From Chiloscyllium plagiosum (Eukaryota): a stretch of DNA of 64,000 nucleotides. A model generated the notes under the pieces. That model did no database searches. It was not told the origin of the DNA and saw only the letters and a list, made by a program, of their open reading frames with translations. The stretch covers positions 20,459,911-20,523,910 of the forward strand of contig NC_057722.1 in NCBI RefSeq assembly GCF_004010195.1. The letters run 5' to 3'. The translations under genes were made by a program, and so were the position numbers. Below, in pieces: positions 61,990-64,000 of the stretch (the stretch's first letter is position 1; the number at the start of each line of letters is the position of its first letter).

Positions 61990-63520
61990 AAGTAAAGGGG
62001 GAAACCAGATGTTATATGGTTTAAAGTGCTTACAGGATGTTTTCTGGATCACTATGTTGATCAACCAACTAGACAAGAGGCCATCCTATACTTGGTATTG
62101 TGCAGTGAGAAAGGAATAATTGGCAATCCAGTAGTATGAGGCCCCTTGGGGAAGACTGACCATAATATAGTGGAATTCTTTCACTGAAATGGAGAGTGAT
62201 GGAGTTGATTCTGAGATTAGGATCCTCAATCTAAATAAAGGAAACTATGATGTTATGAAGTACGTGATAATGATGATAGATTGGGAATATTACTTTGGGA
62301 AAAAAAACATGATGGTGCAGAGGCAATACCAAGCATTTAACGTAAGCAATTGCATGGAGCAACTGCCACAATTGTTTATTCCTGTCTGGCACAAAAATAC
62401 AATGAGAAAGGTGGCTTGACCATGGCTAAATAGGGAAATTAGGGATAGTAATAAATCCATGGAAGGGACATACAAATTGGCCAAAAAAGAAGCAAACTTG
62501 GGGTTTGGCAGCGGTGAGATTTCAGCAAAGAAGGACAAAAGGGTTGGTTATGGGTGGAACAATAGAAAATAAGGGTAAACTTACGGGGAACATGCAAACT
62601 GATTGTAAAAGCTTTTACAGATATATGAAGAGAAAAGGCTTAGTGAAGACAAATGTAAGTCCCTTACACTCAGACACAGGGGAGGTTATAATGGGGAACA
62701 GAGAGATGGCAGACTGACTAAATACCTGTCTTGTTTTTGTCTTCAAAAACGAAGGACACAAATAACATCCCAAAAATGGTGGGGAACTTAACAAGAGGGA
62801 GTAGCTGAAGGATATCAGTATTAGTAAGGAAATGGTGTTGGGGAAATGGATGAAAGTAAAGGCTGATAAATCTCTAGGGACTGACTATCTAGATCCCAGA
62901 GTACTTAAGGAAGTGGCCCTGGAAATGGTGATGTATTGGTGGTCACCTTTCTGTAGATGGCCTACAATGTCTGGATTGTAGGGTAGCTAATGTAACCCCA
63001 GTAATTAGAAAGGAGGTAGAGCGAAAACAGGAAATTATAGAATTATGAAGGGTTTACGAGACTGATTCTTGGGTGGGTAGGATTGATCTATGAAGAGAGA
63101 CTTGACCAATTATGACATTATTAACTGGAGTTTCGAAGACTGAAGGAGAATTTCTATAAAATAATGACAGGGATAGACAGGGCAAATGCAGGAAGGATGT
63201 TCCAATAAACATGGAGTCTAGAACTAATGATCACAGTTTCAGGGGTAAGTCATTTATGAGTGAGATGAGGAGAAATTACTTCACCCAAAGAATGGTGAGC
63301 TTGTGGAATTCTCTGCAACACAAAATGGTTGAAGCCAAAGCATTTAATGTTTTCAAGAAGGAGGTAGACCCAGTTCTTTGGAATAAAGGGATCAAAGGGA
63401 ATAGGGATAAAGCAGGAACAGGGTACTGAGTTGGATGATCAGCCATGATCATATTGAATGGCAGAGCAGGCTTGAAGGGCTGAATGGCCTACTCCTCTTT
63501 CATTTTCTATGTTCCTATGG
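61990..63520 (+). mobile_element. Degenerate CR1 ORF2 (end of APE, linker, 3' end)
   Basis: LGKTDHNIVEF, LNLNKGNYD, DCKSFYRYMKRK, PRVLKEVA, EMRRNYFTQRMVSLWNSL; TTCTATGTTCCTATG tail. Confidence 0.85.
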
Positions 63521-64000
63521 ATCTATAGTTAGGATTTTGAAAGTGTAATTGTAAGTGACTAACTGTAAATGAATTCTGGGAGAGTTCTTCGGTGGGTGAA
63601 TACATCAACAACAAATTTTTATATAGCACCTTCAACATAATTAAACAGCATGAAAAGATTATAAAATAAAATATATTGAGCCACACAAGGCGATATTAAG
63701 CCAGATAACCAAAAGCATGATTAAATCATTCCGTTTTAAGAAGTGTCTTAAAGGAAGAAAGCGAAGTAGAGAAAGAGGGAAGTTTAGGGGAGGATTTTCA
63801 GAGCATCAGGAGTTCTGGGAACTCAGCCACTGAAGGGATGAAGCCATTAGTGGAGCTCTAAAAGATGGGAATATATAACAGCCCAGACCTAGAGCAACAC
63901 AGAGATCTTGGAGGGTTATCAAAGTGGGAGAGATTACAGAGAGAGAGGGACATGAGACCATGAAGTGATTTAAAAACAAGGATGAGAATTTGAAACCAGG

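Noticed and set aside
58846-64000. Further USP-B exons, or an E1/E2 gene completing the pathway
   Set aside because: Only SINE/CR1 debris was recognised; no exon with USP, UBC or E1 motifs was found by eye.

Overview
Repeat-rich eukaryotic genomic DNA, most likely from a cartilaginous fish (shark-type HE1 SINEs, CR1 LINEs, Penelope-derived hammerhead-bearing palindromic elements). Most ORFs in the supplied track are retroelement debris. Manual splice-site reading reveals four spliced genes that all belong to ubiquitin-like conjugation. (1) A USP-family deubiquitinase (USP18/USP47-like; - strand; 5 exons at 10766-2246, continuing off the left edge). (2) A complete 4-exon, 275-aa RBR-type E3 ligase with a half-degenerate RING1 (- strand, 35260-29522). 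(3) A complete 2-exon, 88-aa single-domain ubiquitin-like modifier ending LRLPGG-GD (- strand, 44355-43767). (4) A second, divergent USP18-like protease (+ strand, 48013-58845, continuing off the right edge), head-to-head with the Ubl gene. ISRE motifs lie upstream of the Ubl and both USP genes, and a canonical NF-kB site sits upstream of the RBR gene. The locus looks like a clustered, immune-inducible 'modifier + ligase + protease' system that parallels ISG15/HERC5/USP18 but uses different components. Function is inferred, not shown. No E1 or E2 gene was seen in the window.
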